Below are positions 53,577 to 64,000 of a stretch of 64,000 bases of DNA, piece by piece. The stretch's first letter is position 1. Every line of letters starts with the position of its first letter. Origin of the DNA: Candidatus Magasanikiibacteriota bacterium. GTDB lineage: Bacteria; Patescibacteriota; Patescibacteriia; Magasanikbacterales; UBA922. A model generated the notes under the pieces. The model saw only the letters and a list, made by a program, of their open reading frames with translations. It had not been told where the DNA came from and did not search any database. The stretch lies in NCBI GenBank assembly GCA_043809645.1, contig JBDROX010000044.1, positions 767-64,766 of the forward strand, written 5' to 3'. The position numbers and the translations under genes are program-made.

Positions 53577-54791
53577 ATGAGAAGCAGTATTGAAATGTGG
53601 AACTCTGAGGATATCCAAGGGCAAGATCTAGAAAAAAGTGTCTTGAACAAAGATGCTGTTTCTCGTGAGGAAATTCGTAATTATGCAAAGATGATTGCTG
53701 AGGAATTCAAATCAGAAGCTCTTGGAAAAGAAGAGAAAAGGTTGCTCGCACTGGATATGCTTGGCAAAGACAGAATGCTCCGCAGGTTGGATACATCGCA
53801 AGTAGATCTCAGCGGTCTTTCTGAAGAAGAAATGGAATCAGCACTAAAGCCGATTCGTGAAGCGTTGCTCGAAGAGCTTTCAAATCATTTGGAATCGGAT
53901 GAGTTTGCTTTGATAAAAAGAGATATTGCCAATAGTAAATTGGAAACAGGTGAACAACATCTCGAACAAACAAGGAAGCTTGACGATAAAAAGGGTCCAA
54001 TGAATGCAAATAGAATTGCAGAGCTTTTGCGGCCGAAATCGAAAAGAAATAGAGAGCAGGTGTATCGTACTGGTGTGCTATATGAAGATGCAAAGATCGA
54101 AACCAAGCAAGCCATCACTCATGCACATGAGATACTTGCCCATGCTCAAGAACAGGAAAAAGAAAACAATGGCCATTATTTTTCTGGTGTTATACAGGAA
54201 GAGAGATTTGATCCTATTTCTGGAGAGAGTGTGGTCCGAAAGATCGAGATGAGTGATATGAGTGATTTGATTATGAATGAAGCAGAAAATGGACCGGGTC
54301 CGCAAGAGGCCTCTCATATTTTGAAGTTATTTTCTGATGCAATAGAAGCTTGTGCTTGGCTCGAGGAAAAAGGGCTTATGCTAGAAGATATTAAGCCAGC
54401 AAATATTGGGTTGACTGAAGATGCACGAGGAAATAAGCGAGTTATCTTTCATGATTTGGATGGTCTCCATCCAATTGGAACAAAAGATCGTCTTGCTACA
54501 TATTCTGGTGGTGGTTTTGAGCCCCCAGAATTTGAAAACAGAGAGATGCCTATAACAAGCGCCAAAAAAATGGTTTTTCAACTTGGTGTGTCTATGTTGT
54601 ATACGTTTAGGCTGAAAAAGCAGAGCTTTTCTGAACATGTGCCAAGGGATACTTACATTAAAATTTTAGATTTGGTTCAAGAAATGGTGGAACGACGTCG
54701 TCACCAGCGTCCAGATTTGAAACAATGTAAATCACAAATTGATGCGTTGATTGAAGAGATAGGGATAGAAGGGTTACAGCTTGCTGCTTAA
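53577..54791 (+). CDS. Ser/Thr protein-kinase-like protein
   Basis: DIKPANIG catalytic loop, DLDG, PPE, RP terminal motif. Confidence 0.7.
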   Translation: MRSSIEMWNSEDIQGQDLEKSVLNKDAVSREEIRNYAKMIAEEFKSEALGKEEKRLLALDMLGKDRMLRRLDTSQVDLSGLSEEEMESALKPIREALLEELSNHLESDEFALIKRDIANSKLETGEQHLEQTRKLDDKKGPMNANRIAELLRPKSKRNREQVYRTGVLYEDAKIETKQAITHAHEILAHAQEQEKENNGHYFSGVIQEERFDPISGESVVRKIEMSDMSDLIMNEAENGPGPQEASHILKLFSDAIEACAWLEEKGLMLEDIKPANIGLTEDARGNKRVIFHDLDGLHPIGTKDRLATYSGGGFEPPEFENREMPITSAKKMVFQLGVSMLYTFRLKKQSFSEHVPRDTYIKILDLVQEMVERRRHQRPDLKQCKSQIDALIEEIGIEGLQLAA

Positions 54792-54920
54792 TGTTATTTT
54801 TTTAAACTCGCCATATCGGCGGGTTTTTTTATATTCAAAAAGTGTGGGAGAGCAGATATCCACAGATATTTTGATAAGGTACCTTGTAATGCATAGGACT
54901 GTGTGATATAGTCGGGATAT

Positions 54921-55277
54921 ATGAAAGAACAAACATACAATGTAGAGAATACGAGAGCACAGATGCGGAAGGGTACTTTGGATATTTCTATACTACTCAT
55001 CATCTCGGAGGGACGTGTCTACGCTGGGGAGATCATCACAAAATTGATAGATGCCAATATCATGGTGGTAGAAGGAACTCTCTATCCGCTCCTCAGTAGA
55101 CTGAAGAGAATAGGGCTGGTGAGCTACGAGTGGAAGGAGTCCAAAGTAGGGCCACCAAGAAAATATTATTTTTTGACTGCAGAGGGAAAAAATGTTCTCA
55201 AGAGACTTTGCAAAACTTGGACAGAATTCAATAAGTCTATAAATACGTTAATAAAGAAATATGAAAAAAGTAATTAG
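54921..55277 (+). CDS. PadR-family regulator
   Basis: MRKGTL, EGTLYPLLSRL, GPPRKYY. Confidence 0.92.
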   Translation: MKEQTYNVENTRAQMRKGTLDISILLIISEGRVYAGEIITKLIDANIMVVEGTLYPLLSRLKRIGLVSYEWKESKVGPPRKYYFLTAEGKNVLKRLCKTWTEFNKSINTLIKKYEKSN

Positions 55278-57414
55278 TATAACGCTTGGCAGCGTGGTGT
55301 ATAGCATGGAGGAGGATGCGTATAAAAAATTGAATACATATCTGGAAGATATCCGGAACAATCTCGCAGGCTCTGATGACAAAGACGAGATTATAGATGA
55401 CATAGAGAGTAGTATTTCAGAAAAGTTTTTTTCAAAAGATAGAGACGAGAAGACTGCCGTGACTATCGAGGATGTGGATGAGGTGATGACAGAGCTCGGT
55501 TCTGTAGACGATATTACTTCCGACGAGCCTGAAGAGGAAAAGAAAAAGACAAATAAAACTACAGACAAAGATACAGCGCATCGTAGAATGTATAGAAATC
55601 CAGACGACAAGATTCTCGGCGGAGTCGCATCTGGCATTGCAGCCTATCTCGGGATGGACGTCCTGCTCATGAGGGTGATCTTCATTGTGCTCGCGCTCCT
55701 TCCAGGTCCTGCTATTATTATATATATTATTCTATGGATTCTCATCCCAGAGGCAGAGACAGGGTCACAGAAATTGGAAATGAAGGGTGAGCCAGTGAAC
55801 CTGAATACACTCCGGGATAATATTGAAGATGGCATAGAAAAATTAAAAAAAAAAGACAAAAGCACGTTGCGTAAAATAGCATCTGTGCCAGTAGAGATCG
55901 TTCGCATAGTTAGTAAATTTGTAATCAAAATTTTTGCAATGATTATTCCGTTCATTCGGATCATCGTAGGATTGTCTCTAATAGTCGCAGGTGGCATAGC
56001 TGTAGCAGCTGTGGTTCTAGGGGCACTTGCCCTCCTATTTGGTACTGGCCTCGATGCATTTGGTTTGGTGGGACAAGCAAATTTGTCACAGATATTTAGC
56101 TCGCGGCTAGAATGGTTCATCTTCGTAATATCGGTCGCCATGGTTGCCGTCATTCCACTCTTCCTCCTCCTCATTTCTGGAGCGGGATTGGTTGGAAAGA
56201 AGAACCCCTATACTATTGGTGGAACCATTGGGATGTTCTTTGTGTGGATAGCAGCTATCATCATTACAGCATTCATCGGCATGCAGTACGCACCGAGAAT
56301 CGTGGACGAAATTTCAAACAGACGGGAAGCTACAGAGGATCTGTCACTCGCAGAAGAGAGGAGTTATTTGGCTCTCGATCCGTTTGATAAGGTAGAATTT
56401 TCAGATGGTAATATCAAGGTCATGATAAAGAATGGGGAAAAGCATGAGGTCTACCTTCGCTCGAACCAGGATATTGATAAAAATATTTCTGTGATCTCGA
56501 AGAACAATAGACTAAAAATCAAACAAGTAAGGAATTTTGACATCTGTATTTTTTGGAGTTGTTTTTCTAGGCAGCCGATCCAGGTCGTCGTAGTTACTCC
56601 TGACCTCCATGAATTTTCTTCGAGTGGTGAGGTAGAGGGGGTAATAGAAAAATTTGATACAGACGAATTGAAAATTGATTCTAGCGGCTCGCTACGGTTG
56701 GTCGCAGATATTTATACAAATTTTCTGGAGATAGATAGCTCTGGTAGTAGTGATATTGTTCTGCTGGGCACTGCAGGAGATCTAGAATTCAACCTCAGTG
56801 GTTCTTCGAAAATACATGGATATGGTCTAGTGACTCAGAGTGCAAAGGTACAATCCTCTGGATCTTCAAAGGTGAAGCTGAATGTTGATGCGAATTTAGA
56901 GGTAGATATTAGTGGGTATGGAGATGTCGAATATCTAGGACAGCCATTGGTGGATGAGAATATTTCTGGAGCTGGCAAGGTCTCGCAGGTGTCACAGAGC
57001 AGCGCTGTGTCAGACACGTCTCTTGATTATATCTATGAGTTGTTTACAGATTTTGATTATTTGTCTGGTAGTGCTGATATGGTGGGGGTAGAAGTTGAGA
57101 TTGAGGAGGCCACTACCAGTACGGCAGATTTGATCGGACAATCTTGTGAGAATTCTACAGACTGCCGTCTGCCAATGGAGTATGCTGTTCAGTCGAATTG
57201 TCCTTATCGTGCGGCATGTATGGATGGAACCTGCATGGTGGTGTGTCCGCTGTGGGAGCATTCTCCGGATCCAGAGGAAAGCGTGAGCTATCCTACGCTC
57301 TGCACTGAATCGTCGGATTGTGATTGTTCTGGTTGGGATCAGGAAAGTCGATATTCATGTGAATGTGTAGATGGTGGGTGTGCTTCGGTAGTTAGTTCAG
57401 AGGATACTTTTTAG
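55261..57414 (+). CDS. PspC-domain membrane protein with a DUF2807-like beta-helix and a Cys-rich tail
   Basis: YRNPDDKILGGVASGIA; SGS repeats; C-terminal Cys cluster. Confidence 0.85.
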   Translation: MKKVISITLGSVVYSMEEDAYKKLNTYLEDIRNNLAGSDDKDEIIDDIESSISEKFFSKDRDEKTAVTIEDVDEVMTELGSVDDITSDEPEEEKKKTNKTTDKDTAHRRMYRNPDDKILGGVASGIAAYLGMDVLLMRVIFIVLALLPGPAIIIYIILWILIPEAETGSQKLEMKGEPVNLNTLRDNIEDGIEKLKKKDKSTLRKIASVPVEIVRIVSKFVIKIFAMIIPFIRIIVGLSLIVAGGIAVAAVVLGALALLFGTGLDAFGLVGQANLSQIFSSRLEWFIFVISVAMVAVIPLFLLLISGAGLVGKKNPYTIGGTIGMFFVWIAAIIITAFIGMQYAPRIVDEISNRREATEDLSLAEERSYLALDPFDKVEFSDGNIKVMIKNGEKHEVYLRSNQDIDKNISVISKNNRLKIKQVRNFDICIFWSCFSRQPIQVVVVTPDLHEFSSSGEVEGVIEKFDTDELKIDSSGSLRLVADIYTNFLEIDSSGSSDIVLLGTAGDLEFNLSGSSKIHGYGLVTQSAKVQSSGSSKVKLNVDANLEVDISGYGDVEYLGQPLVDENISGAGKVSQVSQSSAVSDTSLDYIYELFTDFDYLSGSADMVGVEVEIEEATTSTADLIGQSCENSTDCRLPMEYAVQSNCPYRAACMDGTCMVVCPLWEHSPDPEESVSYPTLCTESSDCDCSGWDQESRYSCECVDGGCASVVSSEDTF

Positions 57415-57536
57415 ACTTTTTATTCATAGAGTTGGGAACATGTGATATCTTGTTAAAAAATTCGCCATATTGGCGGTTTTTTTTATTTTGTAGGCATCCT
57501 CTTTTGGTGATATAGTATCTTTATAAAAAATGTAGT

Positions 57537-59156
57537 ATGTCACAGATATTTACCATTTGGTTTTTTCCACTAGTGTTTGTGTTTGGATCAGTTTTTTTTG
57601 TCTTTGTTATCTGGTGGCTTATTCGCCACGGGAGGGCTATTGCAAAAGTTTTTTTGTCCATTGGAAAATCAATTGTAGTTGCAGTCAAAAAAAATCCTGA
57701 GGTAAAAAAAATAAATAATAGGTATCCCAGAATCATTCATTTTTTTCAAAATTGTTTCAACAAAAAGCATTTTTTTGGTTGGCCAATGACATGGCTGATT
57801 ATTGTGCTATTTTTTTTACTCCTGCACCTCTTTGGGGTTACACAGTCAGTGCTTGATTCTGGACTCGTGGTTGGGGCAGATATTCGTATCGCACAATTGA
57901 TGGCCGTGTTCCGTTCGGCACAATTTACCAATATCTTTTTGTGGGTAACACTCCTTGGGAGTTGGCAGCTCATCGTTGCTGGCGGGTTGGTAGTTGGGCT
58001 CGTGTTGTGGGCAAGAGGAAGAAAGATATATATTGGAGCTCTGTACCTGGGACTTCTGGCCTGCTCGGTAACCGTATATCTGGGAAAGATCATGATCCAT
58101 CGAGATCGTTCACTATTATCTTTTTATGATGAATCATCGTTTTCTTTTCCCAGTGGGCATGCCGCCATGTCGATGATGCTCTATGGTTTTGTTGCGTATG
58201 CTCTTTTGAAATATCTTCGTTCAAAAAAAATGCAAAGTCTTGCTCTGTTGGCAGGGATATGTGTGGTTGGATTGGTTGGTTTTAGTCGTATCTATCTTTG
58301 TGTCCATTATATCAGTGATGTGTGGGCTGGATATATATTGGGACTATTTTGGCTCATCAGTTCTATTGGGCTTGTTTCATATCTGAAATCCAAAAATCTT
58401 CCGCAATGGCTGGAGCATAAAAAAATGCATCCAAAGAGTAAACAGACCGCGCGCATTCTTCTGGCGATTTATCTTGTTGCATATATTGGGATTGGTTTGC
58501 AGTACGATCCACACCTCACTGTTGCGGAACATGTGCTTGCTCGTATGGTGGCTGCAGAGAATATCCCTTCTCTTTTTCCAGAATCACTTCCTCAATTTTC
58601 AGAAACGTTGACTGGCATGGCACAGGAGCCATTGAGTTTTGTAGTGATTACAAAGGACATGAATGGACTTCTCAGTGCAATGAAATCAGCGGGCTGGTAC
58701 ACCGCAGATACGGTCACGCCTGCTACAACCTGGCAAGCACTCAAAAGCGCAATAAAGAATGAGTCATATGTGAGTGCGCCGATGACCCCATCATTTTGGA
58801 ATGCGCAGGTTCATAGTGTTGGTTTTGAGCAACCAACAGAGACACAGACATTTCGTCAGCGTCATCACACCAGATTTTGGGATACTGGGTACGAAACAGC
58901 ATTTGGAGAGAAGATTTTTGTGGCCACAGCAAGCCTGGATCAGGGCATCAAGTGGGGGATTACACATGCAATTAATCCTGATATCGACACGGAACGAGAA
59001 TTTTTGTTTTCTTCTCTTCAATCTGCAGGGCGCATCATATCGAGTGAAAAAATTCAATTTATCGCGCCACGACTCGGCACCAATTTTGCTGGGGATCCTT
59101 TTTTTACCGATGGCAAGGTGTATGTGCTGCACCTTGTGGCAGAGTCGTCTTCTTAA
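57537..59156 (+). CDS. PAP2 phosphatase with an LssY C-terminal domain
   Basis: SFPSGHA, SRIYLCVHYISDV, QEPLS, RHHTRFW, FFTDG. Confidence 0.85.
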   Translation: MSQIFTIWFFPLVFVFGSVFFVFVIWWLIRHGRAIAKVFLSIGKSIVVAVKKNPEVKKINNRYPRIIHFFQNCFNKKHFFGWPMTWLIIVLFFLLLHLFGVTQSVLDSGLVVGADIRIAQLMAVFRSAQFTNIFLWVTLLGSWQLIVAGGLVVGLVLWARGRKIYIGALYLGLLACSVTVYLGKIMIHRDRSLLSFYDESSFSFPSGHAAMSMMLYGFVAYALLKYLRSKKMQSLALLAGICVVGLVGFSRIYLCVHYISDVWAGYILGLFWLISSIGLVSYLKSKNLPQWLEHKKMHPKSKQTARILLAIYLVAYIGIGLQYDPHLTVAEHVLARMVAAENIPSLFPESLPQFSETLTGMAQEPLSFVVITKDMNGLLSAMKSAGWYTADTVTPATTWQALKSAIKNESYVSAPMTPSFWNAQVHSVGFEQPTETQTFRQRHHTRFWDTGYETAFGEKIFVATASLDQGIKWGITHAINPDIDTEREFLFSSLQSAGRIISSEKIQFIAPRLGTNFAGDPFFTDGKVYVLHLVAESSS

Positions 59157-61303
59157 TCATACCGCACAATACCTCTTTCATTGTTGACCCGATAGTGTGC
59201 GATCGCGAGCTTTAGCTTGTGATAATCGAACTTTCCATCAAAACGCTCGTGGAGCGTTTTTAGTTTTTTTGGAACCCCTTTTTCTTTCAGGGACTCGATG
59301 ATTTTTTTCAGATCATGTCGATCAATAAATTTTGAAATATCTATATCATGACCTTTTTCATACATGTCTGCTAGGTGGCCGTAGATAGTCTGCTCTGAGA
59401 GGTTTCTTTCTCTGGCAATCTGTGGGACGGGCATGTTTTGTCTGAAGTATGCATAGGTGACTTCCTGCGTTGTGCCTTGGATTTTCTTTCCACCCTTATC
59501 CCGCTCCTTCATATATGCTGTGATGGCATCAATGAATTGATTTCCGTATGATGCATACTTCTTGTCGCCAACGCCAGAGATCTGTTTCATAGATTCCTCT
59601 GTGATCGGCATGTCTGCAGCCATAGCATCGAGCGTGGAATCATTGAAGACCAGGTATGGTGGAATATTGAGCTTATGAGCAATAGACTTTCTCAGCTCTC
59701 GGAGTCTGTCAAAGAGTTCTTCTTCTGCTTCTTTTCTCTTTGAGACCACACGGCCTTTTCTGGTGTGCTCCAGTGCTCGGTCTTCGATCGATGCAATCGT
59801 AACGAATTGGACATTTCTATTTCCTAACAGCACTTCCTTTCCAATATCTGTTAATGTGAGTGCATTTCCTCTGTCATAGGCTATTCCAACCAGGCCCATA
59901 TTGAGCATTTGGAGAATATATTGTTGCCAGTGAGGTGAAGACATATCTTTTCCTTTTCCGTATGTTTTGATCGTATTAAATCCATGACTCATCACATCAT
60001 ACTTTTCCGAACCACGGAGGATGTCGATCAGCATGCCAGCAGCCACAGACTCCTTTGTTCGTGCAATAGCTGACAAGGCTATTTGCGCGATTCTGGAGCC
60101 ATCAAAGAGTTCTGGGGGATTCTCACACACATCGCAGTTATTGCAGTTTTCTTCTTGCCCTTCGTCAAAATAGGAGAGCAATATTTTTCTTCTGCAGATC
60201 AGCGCGTCGGCATACTGTTGCATGCGTTCGAGCTTTGCAATTTGGAGATCTGGCTGTCCGCTTTCAATAGCAAATTTTTTCAGGAGTACTACATCTGCCA
60301 GTGTGTAGAAGAGGAGTGTGTCGCTCGGAAGTCCGTCGCGTCCGGCTCTCCCGATTTCTTGATAGTACCCTTCAATATTTTTTGGCAAATTATGATGAAT
60401 GACAAAGCGAACATTCGACTTATCTATTCCCATACCAAAGGCAATGGTGGCCACAATGATATCTGTGCGTCCATGGATGAAGTCCTCTTGAACAGATGTT
60501 CTCTCGTGGGATTGCATGCCAGCGTGGTAGTAGGCTGCACTTATGTTTTCAGCCACCAGAGCATCGGCTACGCGTTCTGTCTGCTTTCTACTGAGGCAGT
60601 AGATGATACCAGACTCTCCTGGTCTTCTTTTGACAAAATGAATAATTTTTTCCTTTCGCTTTCTGGCTGGGAGGACAGTCAGTTTGAGATTTGGTCTGTC
60701 AAAGGAGGAGATGAAGATCTCTGGATGTTGCAGCGAGAGCTGGTAGACAATATCTTTTCGGGTGAGCTTGTCAGCTGTGGCAGTGAGGGCAATCACAGGC
60801 ACCTTTGGGAACGATGCCTTTATCTTCCTCAGCTGGGTATATTCTCTTCGAAAATCATGACCCCACGACGAGATACAATGGGCTTCATCTATAGCAAAGA
60901 GGCTAATATCTAGTTCATGAAGGAAATATTGAAAATCCTCAGACACCAGCTTTTCTGGTGACACATAGAGGAGCTTCACCTCACCACTTTTTGCACCATC
61001 CATGATGTCTCGCACCTCTGCTGGGTGGACACTGCTGTTGATATACGCGGCACGCACACCATTTTCGACCAGCCCCTCTACCTGGTCTTTCATCAGGGCA
61101 ATGAGCGGAGACACCACAATAGTCACGCCTGGCATGAGGATGCCTGGCAGCTGGTAACATAGTGACTTTCCTCCACCTGTTGGCATCAGAACCACAGTGT
61201 CTTTCCCATCCAGCACAGCCTGAATAATGTCCTCCTGCATAGGACGGAAGGAGTTGAAGCCAAAATATTTCTTTAATGTTTGTTTTGCGTCTTGAATCGT
61301 CAT
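59153..61303 (-). CDS. recQ: DNA helicase RecQ
   Basis: MPTGGGKSLCYQ, DEAH, HDFR, RAGRDG, RQC and HRDC domains. Confidence 0.96.
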   Translation of the reverse strand: MTIQDAKQTLKKYFGFNSFRPMQEDIIQAVLDGKDTVVLMPTGGGKSLCYQLPGILMPGVTIVVSPLIALMKDQVEGLVENGVRAAYINSSVHPAEVRDIMDGAKSGEVKLLYVSPEKLVSEDFQYFLHELDISLFAIDEAHCISSWGHDFRREYTQLRKIKASFPKVPVIALTATADKLTRKDIVYQLSLQHPEIFISSFDRPNLKLTVLPARKRKEKIIHFVKRRPGESGIIYCLSRKQTERVADALVAENISAAYYHAGMQSHERTSVQEDFIHGRTDIIVATIAFGMGIDKSNVRFVIHHNLPKNIEGYYQEIGRAGRDGLPSDTLLFYTLADVVLLKKFAIESGQPDLQIAKLERMQQYADALICRRKILLSYFDEGQEENCNNCDVCENPPELFDGSRIAQIALSAIARTKESVAAGMLIDILRGSEKYDVMSHGFNTIKTYGKGKDMSSPHWQQYILQMLNMGLVGIAYDRGNALTLTDIGKEVLLGNRNVQFVTIASIEDRALEHTRKGRVVSKRKEAEEELFDRLRELRKSIAHKLNIPPYLVFNDSTLDAMAADMPITEESMKQISGVGDKKYASYGNQFIDAITAYMKERDKGGKKIQGTTQEVTYAYFRQNMPVPQIARERNLSEQTIYGHLADMYEKGHDIDISKFIDRHDLKKIIESLKEKGVPKKLKTLHERFDGKFDYHKLKLAIAHYRVNNERGIVRYD

Positions 61304-61536
61304 GAGAAGAGGTTTTCTTTTTCTTTCTTTGAAAGTTGTTTTATTTCATACTCTCGTTTCGTCGCAGTACTTCTGTCTTTGCACTGCTCTGTATACACGA
61401 GTTCAAAAGGGAGACGCGCGCGGACGTATTTTGATCCTGTTCCAGCTCTGTGCATTTCCAATCTTTTCTCTAGATCCCGGGCAATGCCGGTGTAGAGGGA
61501 GGAGTCTGCGCATTTTATGATGTAGAGGGTGTACAT
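61300..61536 (-). CDS. GIY-YIG nuclease (UPF0213)
   Basis: LYIIKCAD.SLYTGI, KYVRARLP. Confidence 0.9.
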   Translation of the reverse strand: MYTLYIIKCADSSLYTGIARDLEKRLEMHRAGTGSKYVRARLPFELVYTEQCKDRSTATKREYEIKQLSKKEKENLFS

Positions 61537-61634
61537 AGTTGGGGTATTGTAGCAGAGGGAGGGATTTTTGCATATTTTGATGAGTATGCGTCCTTGTTTT
61601 GGTCGGTATTGTTTCATGGTACAATATAGGGACT

Positions 61635-62039
61635 ATGAAAAAAATAGAAAACAAAAATTTTCCAAAAGGTGAGATTGTGATATATAAGGCAAAAGACGGC
61701 GATATTGAATTGAAAGTAAAGCTCGAAAAAGAAACAATTTGGCTGGATGCTCATCAAATAGCGTTAATTTTTGATGTCAATCGTCCAGCCATTGTTAAGC
61801 ATGTCAATAATATTTACAAGACAAGTGAGTTGGATAAAGAAGCAACCTGTTCCATTTTGGAACAGGTTGCAACCGATGGAAAAGTATATTAAACCAGGTG
61901 TCCGGAAATTCCGGATAGCTCAGGCGGAAGGGTGAAAATCAATGACAATGCACTCGTCGCATTAGCTCTTTTGGTTGCCGAGAGTCGGGCAAAGGATAAG
62001 GATGTGATGATCGCGCTTATTACGAATTTGTTGGGCTAA
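61635..62039 (+). pseudogene. RhuM/Fic-DOC-type gene with an internal deletion
   Basis: N-terminus GEIVIY..ETIWL..HVNNIY; a Fic-type C-terminal tail INDNALVALALLVAES follows after the stop. Confidence 0.65.
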
Positions 62040-62119
62040 TTCTCTCACTAAAAATCCGTTCGAAAGAGCGGATTTTTTTGATTGACCCTAGGGTGGGGGG
62101 TGGTATAATTTTTATACAT

Positions 62120-62730
62120 ATGCCAAATCAACATACAAATAAAGCAATAGTTCTTTTTGAAGAAACTCCTGTCCGTAGAAAATGGGTTGAAAAAGAAGAA
62201 AAATGGTATTTTTCTATTGTTGATGTTATTACTGTTTTGACAGAGAGTAAGGATCCTTCTGGGTATATTAAAGATATGAAACGTCGAGATGAAGGAATTT
62301 CCGAAGGGTGGGGGCAAATTGCCACCCCCCTTGTATTAGAGACAAAAGGAGGTCCACAAAAAGTAAATTGTGCTCATGTAGAGGATATTTTTCGAATTAT
62401 TCAGTCAATTCCGTCAAAAAAAGCCGAGCCTTTTAAGTTGTGGCTGGCTAAGGTTGGCTATGAAAGGATTTGAAAAATCTTGATAATGAAAATTTGCGCG
62501 ATGCCATGACTGAAGCGGAATTGCTTTTTACAGCACTCGCAGAATTATCAACTACGCAGATTGCTAAAAAAGACGAGGCAAAAGGCTATGATGAGAATGC
62601 CAAGTCGGCTAAAAAGGGCGGCGGGATCGCCAAAAATGCCAGACAGCAGCTGGAAGAGGCGACTGGAGAGAGTGTTGTGAATGATGAGAATTATTTGGCG
62701 TCTGGTGGAGATACGATGAAGTTGGAATAA
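62120..62730 (+). pseudogene. BRO-N family protein, split by a deletion/frameshift
   Basis: WYFSIVDVI, RIIQSIPSKKAEPFKLWLA, then ENLRDAMT..GGGIA in another frame. Confidence 0.75.
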
Positions 62731-62821
62731 TAGTTTAAGAGATTTTCTGTAACAGAAATCCGTTCGAAAGAGCGGATTTTTTGATGTATACTATACGCTC
62801 TACACTGTACAAATATATATT

Positions 62822-63388
62822 ATGGATATTATCTCTCTCCTCCTCATCGCACTATCTCTGGCGCTCGATGCCTCTGCAGTGTCACTGGCAACTGGAGCCG
62901 GCCATATGCGCATTACATACGGGCGATCATTGTTTATCGCGTGCATGTTCGGTCTGTTTCAGTTTGGTATGCCGCTCCTAGGGTATCTCTTTGGCTTCCA
63001 GTTCGCCGGCATTGTGGAGACGTACGCCCACTGGATTGCATTTGGACTGCTTTCCTCTATAGGCGTCCGGATGGTCTATCTGGCGTTTTCTAGAGATGCG
63101 ACAGAGCAGACTGCGCACAAGAAAAATATCTTTCACCTCTCTGTACTCCTACTCTTGGCTCTGGCGACCAGTATTGATGCGTTTGTGGTCGGTATTACAT
63201 TTGCTTTTTTGGACGTTGCTATTTTTTCTGCCTCTGCGATTATCGGTGTGGTGACGTTTGCTCTCAGTTTTGTGAGTGTATATATTGGGAAGAAGTTTGG
63301 TGAGTTGTTTGGTGACAGGGTAGAGGTGGTTGGTGGCGCAGTGCTGATTGTACTTGGGTTGAAGATTTTGGTGGAGGGGTTGTTTTAG
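62822..63388 (+). CDS. mntP: Manganese efflux pump MntP family
   Basis: ALSLALDA, FGLFQ..MP, ATSIDA, GG.VLI.LG.KI. Confidence 0.9.
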   Translation: MDIISLLLIALSLALDASAVSLATGAGHMRITYGRSLFIACMFGLFQFGMPLLGYLFGFQFAGIVETYAHWIAFGLLSSIGVRMVYLAFSRDATEQTAHKKNIFHLSVLLLLALATSIDAFVVGITFAFLDVAIFSASAIIGVVTFALSFVSVYIGKKFGELFGDRVEVVGGAVLIVLGLKILVEGLF

Positions 63389-63552
63389 GGGGTTTTTATT
63401 TGGGGAATGGGGGAGTGGAGACGTGAGAGAATTTGCTTGAAAGAGCGAGTTTTTTTTGAATTGACCCTACTTTGTTGCGGTGGTATGATAGGTTACAACT
63501 AGTCATATACTACTCTAAAAATTTTTATGACAGAAGAACAAAAAAATACATT

Positions 63553-64000
63553 ATGACAAATTTAAACACAACTAAAGAACAGGAACGCGCTGAGCTACAT
63601 CGCGCCATTTGGCAGATTGCTAACGATCTACGCGGAAGCGTCGACGGATGGGACTTCAAACAATACGTTTTAGGGATGCTCTTTTATCGCTTCATCAGCG
63701 AAAACCTCACCAGCTACATCAATGAAGATGAGCGACGCGATGGAAACAAGGAATTTGATTACGCAAAACTGTCGGACAAAGAAGCTGAATTCGGACGAGC
63801 CGACACCGTGAAAGAAAAAGGCTTTTATATTTTACCTAGCGGACTTTTTGTAAACGTTCGCAAGAATGCCAGAAACGACGCAAATCTCAATGAAACCCTT
63901 GCTGCAGTTTTTCGTAATATTGAAAAATCTGCCAAAGGAACAGAAAGCGAACCCGACCTTAAAGGATTATTTGACGATCTTGATGTGAACTCCAATAAGC
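63553..64000 (+). CDS. hsdM: Type I restriction-modification subunit M (partial, runs off window)
   Basis: ELHRAIWQIANDLRGSVDGWDFKQYVLGMLFYRFISE. Confidence 0.93.
   Translation, partial: MTNLNTTKEQERAELHRAIWQIANDLRGSVDGWDFKQYVLGMLFYRFISENLTSYINEDERRDGNKEFDYAKLSDKEAEFGRADTVKEKGFYILPSGLFVNVRKNARNDANLNETLAAVFRNIEKSAKGTESEPDLKGLFDDLDVNSNK

Noticed and set aside
60083-60913. 276-aa ORF antisense to recQ and other long antisense ORFs
   Set aside because: Shadow frames of well-supported genes.
61599-64000. Prophage
   Set aside because: BRO and RhuM-like fragments alone, with no structural, terminase or integrase genes.

Overview
This is a low-GC bacterial chromosomal window. Gene content and style (CPR-type hypothetical lipoproteins, four-helix-bundle genes inside r-protein loci, compact housekeeping clusters) suggest Patescibacteria/Parcubacteria, which is an inference. 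The most striking structure is at 619-5010: six unrelated, co-oriented single-gene cassettes. Each cassette has its own 21-55 bp terminal inverted repeats with an invariant core GTT-N4-GATGT ... ATTTC-N4-AAC. They are separated by five 64-129 bp spacers that share a branched (three-way) hairpin architecture. The array is closed by two inverted terminal sites, has a promoter at its head, and abuts a broken IS110-family transposase. No integrase is present in the window. It resembles an integron cassette array but departs from canonical attC rules. Next comes a de novo pyrimidine operon with two unusual fusions (PyrD-PyrE-PyrF; PyrC fused to an OTCase-like transcarbamylase), no carAB, and a leader peptide/terminator. 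The rest holds a dTTP-synthesis cluster, core genes (gatB, rplA/K, nusG, secE, gyrB with one in-frame TAG, rodA, rplY, prmC, prfA, rpmE, secG, rnj, trpS, recQ), tRNA-Leu and tRNA-Asn, a copper/redox/ECF cluster, several effector-like orphans, several pseudogenes and the start of a type I R-M hsdM.
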